From positions 16,228 to 80,227 of IMG/VR virus record IMGVR_UViG_3300021255_000122: a DNA stretch of 64,000 bases; one strand, written 5' to 3'. Below, piece by piece: positions 63,989-64,000 of this stretch (position 1 is its first letter; every line of letters begins with the position of its first letter). The notes beneath the pieces were generated by a model, which was not told the origin of the DNA, ran no database searches, and saw only the letters and a list, made by a program, of their open reading frames with translations. Source of the stretch: a virus (lineage: Duplodnaviria; Caudoviricetes). Position numbers and translations under genes: made by a program.

Positions 63989-64000
63989 AACTTTATTCTT

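Noticed and set aside
1-64000. Stop-codon reassignment (TAG read-through), prompted by the CUA-containing tRNA-like element
   Set aside because: Long genes are intact in code 11 and several end in TAG right before the next gene (e.g. 10972, 30445, 41507)
1-64000. CRISPR array, DGR (RT plus TR/VR) or invertase shufflon
   Set aside because: No regularly spaced repeats, no reverse transcriptase or recombinase, and no adenine-specific repeat pair seen

Overview
The window is a 64-kb stretch of a tailed dsDNA phage (siphovirus-type: long tape measure, tail tube, G/GT-type frameshifted chaperone). The host is almost certainly a Bacteroidota member (Prevotella/Bacteroides-like), judged from many TTTG-N19/20-TAnnTTTG promoters and A-rich, Shine-Dalgarno-less start contexts. 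Layout: AT-rich control region (419-1682); rightward nucleotide and replication genes (MazG-like, DUF3127, radical SAM, HNH, replication initiator, primase-helicase); leftward head-tail operon (12808-26587) diverging from terminase, portal, lysis and tail-tip genes (26782-39924); a self-contained 7-gene module of unknown function (40165-43592); then a long leftward arm (RuvC-like, beta clamp, tRNA-Gln, ThyX-like, RecT/YqaJ, SSB, small-ORF cluster). No integrase, DNA polymerase, RT or CRISPR array was seen. Top leads: (1) a 57-nt structured RNA, present twice with extensive compensatory changes, sits between a promoter and two unrelated homing endonuclease genes, and its loop pairs with the downstream AUG region; (2) an HNH-AP2 endonuclease is embedded in frame inside a ThyX-like protein with no intein or intron signatures; (3) a tRNA-like element with a 10-nt anticodon loop abuts the ssb start codon. 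All assignments come from motif recognition by eye; no database searches were run.
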